DNA of 58,468 nt from Sedimentisphaerales bacterium (GTDB lineage Bacteria; Planctomycetota; Phycisphaerae; Sedimentisphaerales; UBA12454), in contig JBAVNP010000015.1 of NCBI GenBank assembly GCA_049691175.1, positions 1 to 58,468 of the forward strand, written 5' to 3'. Under the pieces are notes generated by a model, which saw only the letters and a list, made by a program, of their open reading frames with translations, was not told the origin of the DNA and made no database searches. The translations under genes were made by a program, and so were the position numbers. This document shows, one piece after another, positions 26,782 to 35,823 of the stretch (within the stretch, counting starts at the first letter, position 1; the number at the start of each line of letters is the position of its first letter).

Positions 26782-26856
26782 TTATGGGCGCAACAGGAGG
26801 GCCAGCAAGATTAGTGCTGTTGAAATGGACTTAATATTTTTAGTCTGCTTAGCCAT
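26782..26856 (-). promoter_or_regulatory. candidate Leu-rich leader peptide ORF (24 codons) upstream of leuA, with a hairpin overlapping its stop codon
   Basis: The minus strand encodes MAKQTKNIKSISTALILLALLLRP*. A 10-bp stem (CTGTTGCGCC-CATAA-GGCGCAACAG, 26772-26796) contains the last Leu codons and the stop. Confidence 0.5.
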
Positions 26857-26921
26857 AGCCCTTTATAATATAGAAACTTTCCGGAAAAAGCAAGCAAAAA
26901 TTTGCTTTTTTCGGCAGCGTC

Positions 26922-26950
26922 TTGACTTTTCCTGCCAAAATTATTAGTAT
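26922..26950 (+). promoter_or_regulatory. sigma-70-like promoter (TTGACT-17 nt-TAGTAT) for asd
   Basis: -35 at 26922-26927 and -10 at 26945-26950. AAGGAG RBS precedes the ATG at 26995. Confidence 0.55.
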
Positions 26951-26994
26951 GTTTCGGCTTTACAAAGGTTTAAAGAGTATAAGGAGCCAGAAAA

Positions 26995-27993
26995 ATGGCA
27001 AAAAATGTAGCAATTGCAGGCGTAACCGGAGCGGTAGGTCAGGAATTTATAAATATTCTTGAGCAGCGGGATTTCCCCGTTAAGTCCATAAGGATGCTCG
27101 CTTCGGCACGTTCTGTCGGCAAAACCGTCAAGTTCAAAGGCAAAGATTACCCGGTCGAAGAGCTTAAGGAAAACAGTTTCGACGGCATTGACATCGCCCT
27201 TTTCAGCGCAGGCGCATCGCGCAGCAAACAGTTCGCACCTGCCGCGGTAAAAGCAGGCGCTGTTGTCGTTGACAATTCAAGCGCATTCAGGATGGACCCT
27301 GATGTCCCGCTGGTGGTTCCGGAGGTCAATCCGGATGCGATAAAAAAACATAAAGGCATAATCGCTAATCCGAATTGTTCTACGATAATAGCCAACGTTC
27401 CGATTTGGCCGCTGCACAAAGCCAATCCGATAAAGAGAATGGTTATCAGCACCTATCAGGCAACCAGCGGAGCAGGACAGGCCGGTATGACCGAGCTTCT
27501 TAATCAGACGAAGGAAATACTCGACGGCAAAGAGCCGACCTGCAGCAAATTCAAATATCAGATTGCGTTTAATTTGTTCAGCCACGATTCTGAGGTTCAG
27601 TTAAACGGCTATAACCTCGAAGAAATGAAAATGATTCATGAAACGCATAAAATATTCGACTGCCCTGATATTGCGATAACCTGCACCTGCGTTCGCGTGG
27701 CCGTTTTTCGTGCTCATAGCGAGAGTATCAATCTTGAGTTCAGGGACCCGATTACCCCCGACCAGGTCCGCAAACTGCTCGAACACGCACCGGGCGTTTC
27801 GATTATTGACGATGCGAAAAATAACCGTTTCCCGATGCCTATTGACGCCAGCGGCAAAGACGATGTCTATGTCGGCAGAATCCGTCAGGATGAATCTATT
27901 GCCGACAGGCGGGCAATTAACCTCTGGGTTGTCGGCGACCAGATTCGAAAAGGCGCAGCACTGAACGCGATACAAATAGCTGAGTTGCTGTAA
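26995..27993 (+). CDS. asd: aspartate-semialdehyde dehydrogenase
   Basis: GVTGAVGQ NAD(P) site, active-site NPNCST, full-length Asd pattern. Confidence 0.95.
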   Translation: MAKNVAIAGVTGAVGQEFINILEQRDFPVKSIRMLASARSVGKTVKFKGKDYPVEELKENSFDGIDIALFSAGASRSKQFAPAAVKAGAVVVDNSSAFRMDPDVPLVVPEVNPDAIKKHKGIIANPNCSTIIANVPIWPLHKANPIKRMVISTYQATSGAGQAGMTELLNQTKEILDGKEPTCSKFKYQIAFNLFSHDSEVQLNGYNLEEMKMIHETHKIFDCPDIAITCTCVRVAVFRAHSESINLEFRDPITPDQVRKLLEHAPGVSIIDDAKNNRFPMPIDASGKDDVYVGRIRQDESIADRRAINLWVVGDQIRKGAALNAIQIAELL

Positions 27994-28014
27994 CGTTTAT
28001 CCGCCGTCGGCGGA

Positions 28015-28043
28015 TTTACATCTATAGATAAAAAGGTTACAAT
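28015..28043 (+). promoter_or_regulatory. sigma-70-like promoter (TTTACA-17 nt-TACAAT) upstream of truA
   Basis: -35 at 28015-28020 and -10 at 28038-28043. The predicted start site falls inside the adjacent terminator hairpin. Confidence 0.45.
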
Positions 28044-28072
28044 AGGCCCTGAAAGTATCAGGGCCTTTTTTA
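28044..28072 (+). terminator. rho-independent terminator after asd
   Basis: AGGCCCTGA-AAGTA-TCAGGGCCT followed by TTTTTTATTT. Ends 4 nt before the truA ATG. Confidence 0.7.
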
Positions 28073-28075
28073 TTT

Positions 28076-28867
28076 ATGACAGAACGTAATATAAAATTAG
28101 TTATTCAATATGACGGCTCAAACTATTCCGGCTGGCAGAAACAGCCGGGGCGAAAAACCATCGAGGCTGAAATAAAACAGGCAATTGAAAACCTTACCTG
28201 CATTGAAAATGTGGAAATTAACGGTGCAAGCCGGACCGACGCCGGTGTAAGCGCGCTGGGCCAGGTTGCAAATGTCAGACTCGATACGCCGATTCCCACT
28301 GAACGTCTTGCTAAAGCAATTAGCCAATATCTTCCATCTGAAATTGTTATTACCGAGGCTGCCGATGTGCCCGATGATTTTGATGCGATAAAGGGCGCGA
28401 AAAACAAACTTTACCGTTATTCGATTTACACAGGCAGAACCCGTCCCGTTATGCAGGTTAGCCACTGCTGGCACCGGCCCTTCGGCTTGGTTCGACCAGG
28501 CTCACCACAAGTCGCTCAGGGCAGGCCCGGCAAACTTGATATCGCGCCGATGCAGGAAGCGGCGAAAAAATTCATCGGCGAAAAGGATTTCAAATCTTTC
28601 GCGACCGCCTGCGATAAACGCTCAAGCTCAATAAGGACGATTTTTCGCTGCGATGTATCGCAAAATGGCGAATGGATATATATTGAGGTTGAAGCGAACG
28701 GTTTTTTATATAATATGGTAAGAAATATTGTCGGCACGCTCGTTGAAATAGGCCGAGGCCACTGGCAGCCGGACAAAATCGAAAAAATACTTGAGGCAAA
28801 AAGCCGTTCAGCCGCCGGACCAATAGCACCGGCAACAGGCCTTTGTTTAATGTGGATTAAGTACTAA
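28076..28867 (+). CDS. truA: tRNA pseudouridine(38-40) synthase
   Basis: IQYDGSNYSGWQKQ, catalytic GASRTDAGVSA, C-terminal NGFLYNMVR. Contains a 48-nt in-frame family A repeat. Confidence 0.92.
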   Translation: MTERNIKLVIQYDGSNYSGWQKQPGRKTIEAEIKQAIENLTCIENVEINGASRTDAGVSALGQVANVRLDTPIPTERLAKAISQYLPSEIVITEAADVPDDFDAIKGAKNKLYRYSIYTGRTRPVMQVSHCWHRPFGLVRPGSPQVAQGRPGKLDIAPMQEAAKKFIGEKDFKSFATACDKRSSSIRTIFRCDVSQNGEWIYIEVEANGFLYNMVRNIVGTLVEIGRGHWQPDKIEKILEAKSRSAAGPIAPATGLCLMWIKY

Positions 28868-28931
28868 TTGTAGAATAAAATGACAAAGCGTATTATCTGG
28901 AAACCATATAAACGGTAGTTAGGTCACGAAT

Positions 28932-29306
28932 ATGTTATTCATCTACCCAATGTGGGATAACGAGAGCCAGCGTATTGGCAAGCAGAAGTGTACGCCTCTT
29001 GGGTATAAGCTTCATTGCATTGCTGAGCTGTTAGGTTTCATTGGCCTTCTGCTCCTCTTGGGCATAATCGCTTACCTTGTGTACAGAGGAATTGTTGGTA
29101 CCTTTCAGACTCCCCTCCTTTGGCTCTTGGCCACACCATTTGTTCTAGGTGTCATTGGCGAGGCACTGTATCAATATTCATGGATATTGGCGGACAGAAA
29201 AGGCTTTCGCTACGATTATGACACCCGTGAAGCCAGTTGGCTTGAAGACGGTAAGCGATGTGTATACAAATGGGAGACTAACAATCGAGAGGAAGCTACA
29301 CAATGA
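28932..29306 (+). CDS. hypothetical membrane protein
   Basis: 124 aa with two clear hydrophobic helices. No family recognised. Confidence 0.45.
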   Translation: MLFIYPMWDNESQRIGKQKCTPLGYKLHCIAELLGFIGLLLLLGIIAYLVYRGIVGTFQTPLLWLLATPFVLGVIGEALYQYSWILADRKGFRYDYDTREASWLEDGKRCVYKWETNNREEATQ

Positions 29307-29352
29307 CTCACGCGGACGCGGGCCATTTTGAACCTCAATTTTCAATTTATTT

Positions 29353-30513
29353 ATGAAGATAGTGCACATAATAACAAGACTGATTCTCGGCGGAGCGCAG
29401 GAAAATACGCTAATCACCTGCAAAGAGCTTGCCGCCCGCGGACACGATGTAACTTTAATCACCGGCCCTGCTTTAGGCCCTGAAGGCGAACTTTTCGAAC
29501 AAACCAAAAACCAAAAATACAAAACTATCGTCATTGATTCGATACGGCGGCAAATTAATCCGATTTATGATGTTTGCGCTTATAACAAAATAAAAAAACT
29601 GCTGGCGGAAATTCAGCCTGACATAGTTCATACGCATTCAGCAAAAGCGGGAATCCTCGGCAGATTTGCTGCTTATAATTTAAAGAACCGTCCTAAAATA
29701 GTCCATTCAGTCCACGGCCTGTCTTTTCACAAGTATCAAAACGAGCTGCTTAATAAATTTTATATAGCCGTTGAAAGAGCGGCAGCGAAAAAAACAGACG
29801 CTTTTATTTGCGTCGCCGATGCGATGACAGAAAAAAGTCTTGCTGCGGGAATAGGCAGACCCGAGCAATATACAACCGCCTATTCGGCCATAGAAGAAGA
29901 ACAATTTTTGAATCCGATTACAGCTAAAGTGCGAACCGATTTCCGCAAAAAATATGATATTCCTGAAAATGCTATTGTTCTTGTAACTGTCGCGAGACTG
30001 TTTCATTTAAAGGGGCATAAATATATAATCGAATCAGCCAGGGAACTTGCAGGACGTTTCGAAAACGTAATCTGGCTTTTTGTCGGCGACGGCATTTTGA
30101 AAGAGCAATTACAAAAACAAATCGCCGATTCAGATTTATCCGATAAATTCAGGTTCACAGGTCTTTTGCCTGTTGAGCAGATGCCGCTTGTAGTTCAGTC
30201 CTCAGATATTTTAGTTCATTGTTCTCTACGGGAAGGTTTGGCAAGAGTTCTGCCGCAGGCGCTTGCTTGCGGCAGACCTGTGATAAGTTTCGATATCGAT
30301 GGCGCCGCGGAAGTTGTAAACCCTGATACAGGCAGGCTCGTTGAGCCGGAGAATGTCGAGCAGTTGACGCAAGTTTGTGCGGAATTGATTGCAAATGAAA
30401 ATCTGCGAATGAAACTCGGCCGAGCCGGCAGAGAATCCGTCAAAGAAAAATTCTCGCCAAAAACTATGGTCGATAAAATTGAAGAGGTCTACAAATTGAT
30501 AAATCATAATTGA
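29353..30513 (+). CDS. glycosyltransferase family 4 (GT-B, RfaB-like)
   Basis: N-terminal GGAQ glycosyltransferase pattern and the C-terminal Glycos_transf_1 E-x7-E region (REGLARVLPQALACGRPVI). Confidence 0.88.
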   Translation: MKIVHIITRLILGGAQENTLITCKELAARGHDVTLITGPALGPEGELFEQTKNQKYKTIVIDSIRRQINPIYDVCAYNKIKKLLAEIQPDIVHTHSAKAGILGRFAAYNLKNRPKIVHSVHGLSFHKYQNELLNKFYIAVERAAAKKTDAFICVADAMTEKSLAAGIGRPEQYTTAYSAIEEEQFLNPITAKVRTDFRKKYDIPENAIVLVTVARLFHLKGHKYIIESARELAGRFENVIWLFVGDGILKEQLQKQIADSDLSDKFRFTGLLPVEQMPLVVQSSDILVHCSLREGLARVLPQALACGRPVISFDIDGAAEVVNPDTGRLVEPENVEQLTQVCAELIANENLRMKLGRAGRESVKEKFSPKTMVDKIEEVYKLINHN

Positions 30514-30578
30514 ATTGATTTTTAATAATTTCGATATTTGTTTAATTAACTAATTCAGAACTTAGGAGCATAAGTAAT

Positions 30579-32012
30579 ATGAGAACTATTTTTTCTTTAA
30601 TTGTTTTTTTATTGATACTATTTACCCAATCTCTTTGCGCTCAAGCAAATCAAATAAACAGAGTAATTATCCTAACCGATATTGAAGCTGACCCGGACGA
30701 TACACAATCTTTGATTCGTTTACTTTTATATTCTAATGAAATTGATATAAAAGGCTTGGTTGCAACAACTTCTTGTTGGCATAGAACAAGGGTTGATCCT
30801 GAATCCATTAAAAAAATAATCCAAGCCTATGGCAAAGTACAGCCAAACCTTAAGAAACATGAAGCTGGTTTTCCTGAAACTGAAGCGCTTTTAATGAAAG
30901 TAAAACAAGGCATAGCAAAATATGGAATGCAGGGCGTTGGCGATGGAAATGATTCACAAGGTTCGGACTGGATTATAAAAGTACTTGAAGAAAAAGATGA
31001 GCGTCCATTATGGATATCTGTCTGGGGAGGTGCGAATACCCTGGCACAGGCACTTTATAAAATTAAAAATACAAAAACAGAGGCGGAAGCTAAAAAATTA
31101 ATTGCAAAACTCAGAGTTTATACAATTTCCGACCAGGATGACAGCGGAATATGGCTTAGAAATAATTTCCCCGACTTGTTTTACATTGTTAGTCCGGGCG
31201 ATGATTACGGAAGCGCAACATGGAATGCAATTAATAGTTTTGTGAAAGGTATAAACAATGATGAGATTAGCAATAATTGGCTGGCACAAAACATTCAGCA
31301 GGGGCACGGTCCTCTTGGCGCAGCATATCCTGATGTAGCCTGGGGGATGGAGGGCGATACGCCATCATGGTTGTCGTTAATACCTAACGGACTAAATGAA
31401 GCAGAGCATCCTGACTGGGGAGGTTGGGGTGGTCGTTACGAACTGTACAAGCCAGATTTTGCTACGCTTAAGAAAGGAGAATCGGGTGTTCCATTTGAAC
31501 CCGAGACAAGGGAAATATGGACAAATGCAATTGATAGCTACACCCCATATAGTTATAATGAATATGGACGAGCGGTTCGAAAGGACACGGTTTCCTTCAC
31601 CGATAATAAAGTGACTTTGTGGCGTTGGCGAGATGACTTTCAAAATGATTTTGCCGCCCGAATGGATTGGTGTACAAAATCATATCAGGCAGCCAATCAT
31701 CCACCAGTTCCTGTATTAAGGCATCCCGAAGAAATAACTGTAAAATCAGGAGAGGGCTTTGGTTTGGATGCCAGCGGCTCTACCGATCCTGATGGAGATA
31801 GTCTCAGTTATCTATGGTTTAACTATCCAGAGGCTGGTTCATATAAAAAATTGATACAAATTGGTGGAGCGGAGAATGCGCGTGCGGTTTACGTGATAGC
31901 TCCTGAGGTTGAAAAAAACGAAACTATTCATTTTATTTTGAGAGTTACAGACAAAGGTAAGCCTCAATTATCAAGGTATAAAAGAGTGATCGTTAATGTA
32001 TTGCCAAAATAA
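30579..32012 (+). CDS. secreted DUF1593 (nucleoside-hydrolase-like) protein with C-terminal Ig-like domain
   Basis: Signal peptide, then VIILTDIEADPDDTQSLIRLLLYSNEIDIKGLVATTS, characteristic of DUF1593. Confidence 0.82.
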   Translation: MRTIFSLIVFLLILFTQSLCAQANQINRVIILTDIEADPDDTQSLIRLLLYSNEIDIKGLVATTSCWHRTRVDPESIKKIIQAYGKVQPNLKKHEAGFPETEALLMKVKQGIAKYGMQGVGDGNDSQGSDWIIKVLEEKDERPLWISVWGGANTLAQALYKIKNTKTEAEAKKLIAKLRVYTISDQDDSGIWLRNNFPDLFYIVSPGDDYGSATWNAINSFVKGINNDEISNNWLAQNIQQGHGPLGAAYPDVAWGMEGDTPSWLSLIPNGLNEAEHPDWGGWGGRYELYKPDFATLKKGESGVPFEPETREIWTNAIDSYTPYSYNEYGRAVRKDTVSFTDNKVTLWRWRDDFQNDFAARMDWCTKSYQAANHPPVPVLRHPEEITVKSGEGFGLDASGSTDPDGDSLSYLWFNYPEAGSYKKLIQIGGAENARAVYVIAPEVEKNETIHFILRVTDKGKPQLSRYKRVIVNVLPK

Positions 32013-32063
32013 GATAAAACACTGCCGCCATGCTCGGTTTCTAAGGATAAACAGCGAATCGGG

Positions 32064-32196
32064 CAGTTGGCGCAAGCTTGTGCGAAACTGATTGCGAATG
32101 AAAATCTGCTCAACCGGCAGAGAATTCGTCAAAGAAAAATTCTCGCCAAAAACTATGGTTGATAAAATCGAAGAGGTTTACAAAAAACTATTATGA
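32064..32196 (+). pseudogene. relic copy of the glycosyltransferase 3' end (duplicate of ~30361-30513)
   Basis: Hand alignment gives 9 mismatches over 117 aligned positions plus one 14-nt gap that breaks the frame. The relic stop overlaps the next gene's ATG (ATGA). Confidence 0.75.
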
Positions 32197-32609
32197 AAAG
32201 CTATAAAAAGGAACTTTATTTCAACACGCCGACAAGGCGGCAGTTTATCAATATCACACAACAGGTGGAAGAAAGTCTCGTCGAAAGCGGTATAAAAGAA
32301 GGCTTATGCCTTGTCAACGCAATGCATATAACCGCAAGTGTTTTTATCAATGATGACGAATCGGGGCTTCATCAGGATTTTGAAACCTGGCTGGAAAAAC
32401 TCGCTCCTGAAAAACCATATTCACAGTATCGTCATAATACTGCCGAGGATAACGGCGACGCCCATTTAAAGCGGACAATTATGGGCAGAGAAGTTATCGT
32501 TGCCGTAACGGGAGCCAAGCTCGATTTTGGTCCGTGGGAGCAGATATTTTACGGCGAATTCGACGGCAGACGGAAAAAACGCGTCCTCGTCAAAATCATC
32601 GGTGAATAA
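32193..32609 (+). CDS. YjbQ/UPF0047 family protein (secondary thiamine-phosphate synthase family)
   Basis: [15 protein letters not shown]...[13 protein letters not shown]...[16 protein letters not shown] matches the family pattern. Confidence 0.88.
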   Translation: MKSYKKELYFNTPTRRQFINITQQVEESLVESGIKEGLCLVNAMHITASVFINDDESGLHQDFETWLEKLAPEKPYSQYRHNTAEDNGDAHLKRTIMGREVIVAVTGAKLDFGPWEQIFYGEFDGRRKKRVLVKIIGE

Positions 32610-32656
32610 CCCGTTTTTTCATTGCATTGGGGCCGAGAAGTCCTATAATACACTCA

Positions 32657-33283
32657 ATGGACAATCACAGCAGGATATTACGTCTGTGGGCGGCGGCGGG
32701 GGTAATTATCTGTATTTTTCAATATTCGGCTTCAGCAGAAGGTTATTATTCTTTCGGCAGGAGCATCAACAAACCGTTCGGCGACCCGAATCTGAAGAAC
32801 ATCGAGGTGGTGGAAAATATCTTCGTGCCGATAACCGGCAAAGTCCTCAATATAGATTTAGCGCTGAATATAGAGCATACAAGCATCTGCGACCTGCAGA
32901 TTTATCTTAAAAGTCCTGCCGGCACCGAGGTCTGTATCAACAGCTACGATTACGATATAGACGGCGGCCGTATGTTTGAACCCAACAGGCAAAACTTCTA
33001 CTGGACGGTTTTTGACGCTGAAAGTCCCATCAGCATCGACAGCGGCAAGAGTCCATATTGCGGCCTGTTTCGCCCAAACGGTCCGGGCAGTCTGACTGAT
33101 TTTTATGGTGAGCAAAGCTACGGAACCTGGCAGGTCAGGGTTAAAGACTGGATATATGCCGACACCGGCACCTTTAAAGGGGTAAGGCTGGATTTCTATA
33201 TCAATCCCGAACCTTCAACCGTTCTGTTATTTGCTTTTTCGGCTCTGATTGGTATTTCCTCAGGCAAACACAGACCGGTTTAA
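32657..33283 (+). CDS. proprotein-convertase P-domain protein with PEP-CTERM sorting tail
   Basis: P-domain pattern (LNIEHTSICDLQIYLKSPAGTEV...YGTWQVRVKD) and a C-terminal PEPSTVLLFAFSALIGI...HRPV. Start set to the ATG at 32657. Confidence 0.78.
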   Translation: MDNHSRILRLWAAAGVIICIFQYSASAEGYYSFGRSINKPFGDPNLKNIEVVENIFVPITGKVLNIDLALNIEHTSICDLQIYLKSPAGTEVCINSYDYDIDGGRMFEPNRQNFYWTVFDAESPISIDSGKSPYCGLFRPNGPGSLTDFYGEQSYGTWQVRVKDWIYADTGTFKGVRLDFYINPEPSTVLLFAFSALIGISSGKHRPV

Positions 33284-33407
33284 AACTGCAGAATTACGTT
33301 TCCATTGGCCGATAATATCTTATGCAACAAATGCTTGCATATCGTATTTGCAATGTTAAATTTCGTTTTTTATAGGACTTTTCGTAAAACCTTGCTGAGG
33401 TGCGAAG

Positions 33408-35816
33408 TTGAAATCTAAAAAGAGTAAAATGAGCAGAACCGCCCTTCTGGTTTTTGCCCTTGCGGCGGTAGTGATGTTATTTTTCAGTTGTGCCAGTTTC
33501 AATATAGGTGATTTCCCAAGCAGTCACGTCTGGCCAAATAATCATCCTGCCGCCAACTGGTGCGGCCCGGCAGGAGCATTTTGCGCATACTATTTGATGT
33601 ATTATGTCGGCCCCGGCGTCTTTGTGCCGCTGATTGCCTTAGGTATTTTTATTATCTGGAAACTGAGCAATAAGGAAACAAGCCAGATAATTCTCCGTCT
33701 CGTCGGCCTTATTCTGGTTACTGCCGCAATCTCATCCATAATTTATATGTTTCGTCCCTTTCCCGCGGATTCTTTTCCGACCGGCAGCGGCGGCATACTC
33801 GGAAGCGCGACAATTTTATTTCTTAGGGAAAAATTTTCACTCCTCGGTTCCGTAATAATTGTTTTAAGCGGTCTTATAGTCGGGGCGATTCTGCTTGCCG
33901 ACTCATTTGTGATGTATCTGCTGCATCTGTGCGGCGCTTTACTGACGCGAACCTTCGGCATATTTATGCCTGCCTGGTTCACGGCAAGACAGCATTCACA
34001 CAGGCTTAGTGAAATATGGCGCAAACTCAGCATAAGGAAGCCTGCTGCCACGGTCGCAGAACTTATGGCCCAGGAAGCACAGCACATAGAGCAGCAGCAA
34101 TCTTCTCCTGTTGCAAAAGCCGACGAAGCAATTGAGGTGCATCTTGAAAAGACACCTGCCGCGGTCGAAAAACCGGCCCAGCCGTCGGAGTCGATTTACG
34201 AGTCTGAGAACTTTGATAATTATCAGCTCCCCGGTCTTGAGCTTTTGACTGAGCCGGAGCACAGTTTTGGTTCTGTGCAGGAAAAAATTATCAGGGCGAA
34301 ATCGGCGGCTCTTGAGCAGGTATTGAACGAGTTCGGCATAGAGGCTCACGTTACCGGTTCAGAGCCGGGCCCGACAATAACGATGTTCGAGCTTGCCCTT
34401 GCCGCCGGCGTAAAGGTAAGTCAGATATCAAATCTGGCGAACGATATTGCCAGAGCGCTGGGAGCGCCTGCCGTTCGCGTAGTCGCTCCGCTGCCCGGCA
34501 GACATACAATCGGCATTGAAGTGCCGAACAGCCAGAAGGAAACTGTCCGAATAAAAGACCTCATCGTCCGGGCAGGCGATTCATACAAGAGGATGGAGAT
34601 ACCTTTATTTTTAGGCAAGGATTCTTCCGGACAGGCAATCGTTTCCGACCTGACCGATATGCCTCATCTGCTGATTGCCGGCACAACAGGTTCCGGAAAA
34701 AGTGTCTTTATTAACAGCATTATCGTGAGCATTATGCTGACAAAACGTCCTGATGAAGTAAAGCTCGTTCTTGTTGACCCGAAGATGGTCGAGATGACGG
34801 CCTTTTCAAAAATACCTCACCTGATGGCCCCGATAATTACTGAAGTCAGCAAGGCTGAGCAGATATTCGATTGGGCCACTATAAAGATGGATGAAAGATA
34901 CGCCCTGTTTGCCGAGGCCGGCGTAAAAAATATCGCAGGTTATAACGCTCTCGGCATAGATGAAATCGTCCGCAGATTCAATCCGCAAAGCCCCGATGAA
35001 GAGGCGAGAATTCCGAAAAAGCTTCCTTACTATGTCATTGTCGTTGATGAGCTTGCTGATTTGATGATGACCTCCTCGAAGGAGATTGAAAGTTATATCG
35101 TCCGCATCGCTCAAAAGAGCCGAGCGGTAGGTATTCATATAGTCCTTGCGACTCAGCGGCCGCAGGCAACGGTAGTAACCGGTCTTATCAAGGCAAACCT
35201 GCCCAGCAGGGTAAGTTTTCGCGTTGCGACGAGGCTGGACAGCAGAATCGTTCTCGACCAGAACGGCGCCGAAACGCTGCTCGGCCAGGGCGATATGCTG
35301 TTCCTCAAGCCCGGCACAAGCGACCTTGTCCGCGCACAGGGAGCCTATGTCGATGATACAGAAGTCCGAAAAGTCGTTCAGCATCTAACTGAACAGGCCG
35401 AGCCTCAGTTCCATCCTGAGCTTATGCAGCTCAACAGGTTGGACGCCGGCGAAGCAAGCAAGGATGAGCTTTTTGACGGAGCTGTCCGAGTTATTCTCGA
35501 ATCGCAGCGCGGCAGTGTTTCGCTGCTGCAGAGAAGACTGAGCATCGGCTATGCCCGCGCAAGCAGGATAATCGAGGGTATGGCGGCTTCCGGCATTCTC
35601 GGCGAATATAAGGGCAGCCAGGCCCGCGAAGTTTTGATGACTATCGAGGAATATGAACGTCTGCGTCAGCAGATGGAAGCCGATAAAAAAGCAGGTTTCT
35701 CCGATATGCAGGACGATGAGCAATCTGCCGAGCCGGACAAGCCGCAGCATACCGTCAAGGAAATTGATTATGACCATAATCCTGTCTCCGAGCAGCAGAG
35801 CACTATAAATTCTTAG
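33408..35816 (+). CDS. ftsK: DNA translocase FtsK
   Basis: N-terminal TM domain, linker, motor domain with Walker A (GTTGSGKSV), C-terminal gamma winged helix. TTG or a nearby ATG start. Confidence 0.95.
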   Translation: MKSKKSKMSRTALLVFALAAVVMLFFSCASFNIGDFPSSHVWPNNHPAANWCGPAGAFCAYYLMYYVGPGVFVPLIALGIFIIWKLSNKETSQIILRLVGLILVTAAISSIIYMFRPFPADSFPTGSGGILGSATILFLREKFSLLGSVIIVLSGLIVGAILLADSFVMYLLHLCGALLTRTFGIFMPAWFTARQHSHRLSEIWRKLSIRKPAATVAELMAQEAQHIEQQQSSPVAKADEAIEVHLEKTPAAVEKPAQPSESIYESENFDNYQLPGLELLTEPEHSFGSVQEKIIRAKSAALEQVLNEFGIEAHVTGSEPGPTITMFELALAAGVKVSQISNLANDIARALGAPAVRVVAPLPGRHTIGIEVPNSQKETVRIKDLIVRAGDSYKRMEIPLFLGKDSSGQAIVSDLTDMPHLLIAGTTGSGKSVFINSIIVSIMLTKRPDEVKLVLVDPKMVEMTAFSKIPHLMAPIITEVSKAEQIFDWATIKMDERYALFAEAGVKNIAGYNALGIDEIVRRFNPQSPDEEARIPKKLPYYVIVVDELADLMMTSSKEIESYIVRIAQKSRAVGIHIVLATQRPQATVVTGLIKANLPSRVSFRVATRLDSRIVLDQNGAETLLGQGDMLFLKPGTSDLVRAQGAYVDDTEVRKVVQHLTEQAEPQFHPELMQLNRLDAGEASKDELFDGAVRVILESQRGSVSLLQRRLSIGYARASRIIEGMAASGILGEYKGSQAREVLMTIEEYERLRQQMEADKKAGFSDMQDDEQSAEPDKPQHTVKEIDYDHNPVSEQQSTINS

Positions 35817-35823
35817 GCTGAGT

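Noticed and set aside
26891-26912. AAGCAAA-AA-TTTGCTT hairpin with a T-run as a terminator between the leu leader and the asd promoter.
   Set aside because: The stem is only 7 A/T-rich base pairs and no upstream gene on either strand ends there. It more likely belongs to the divergent promoter region.
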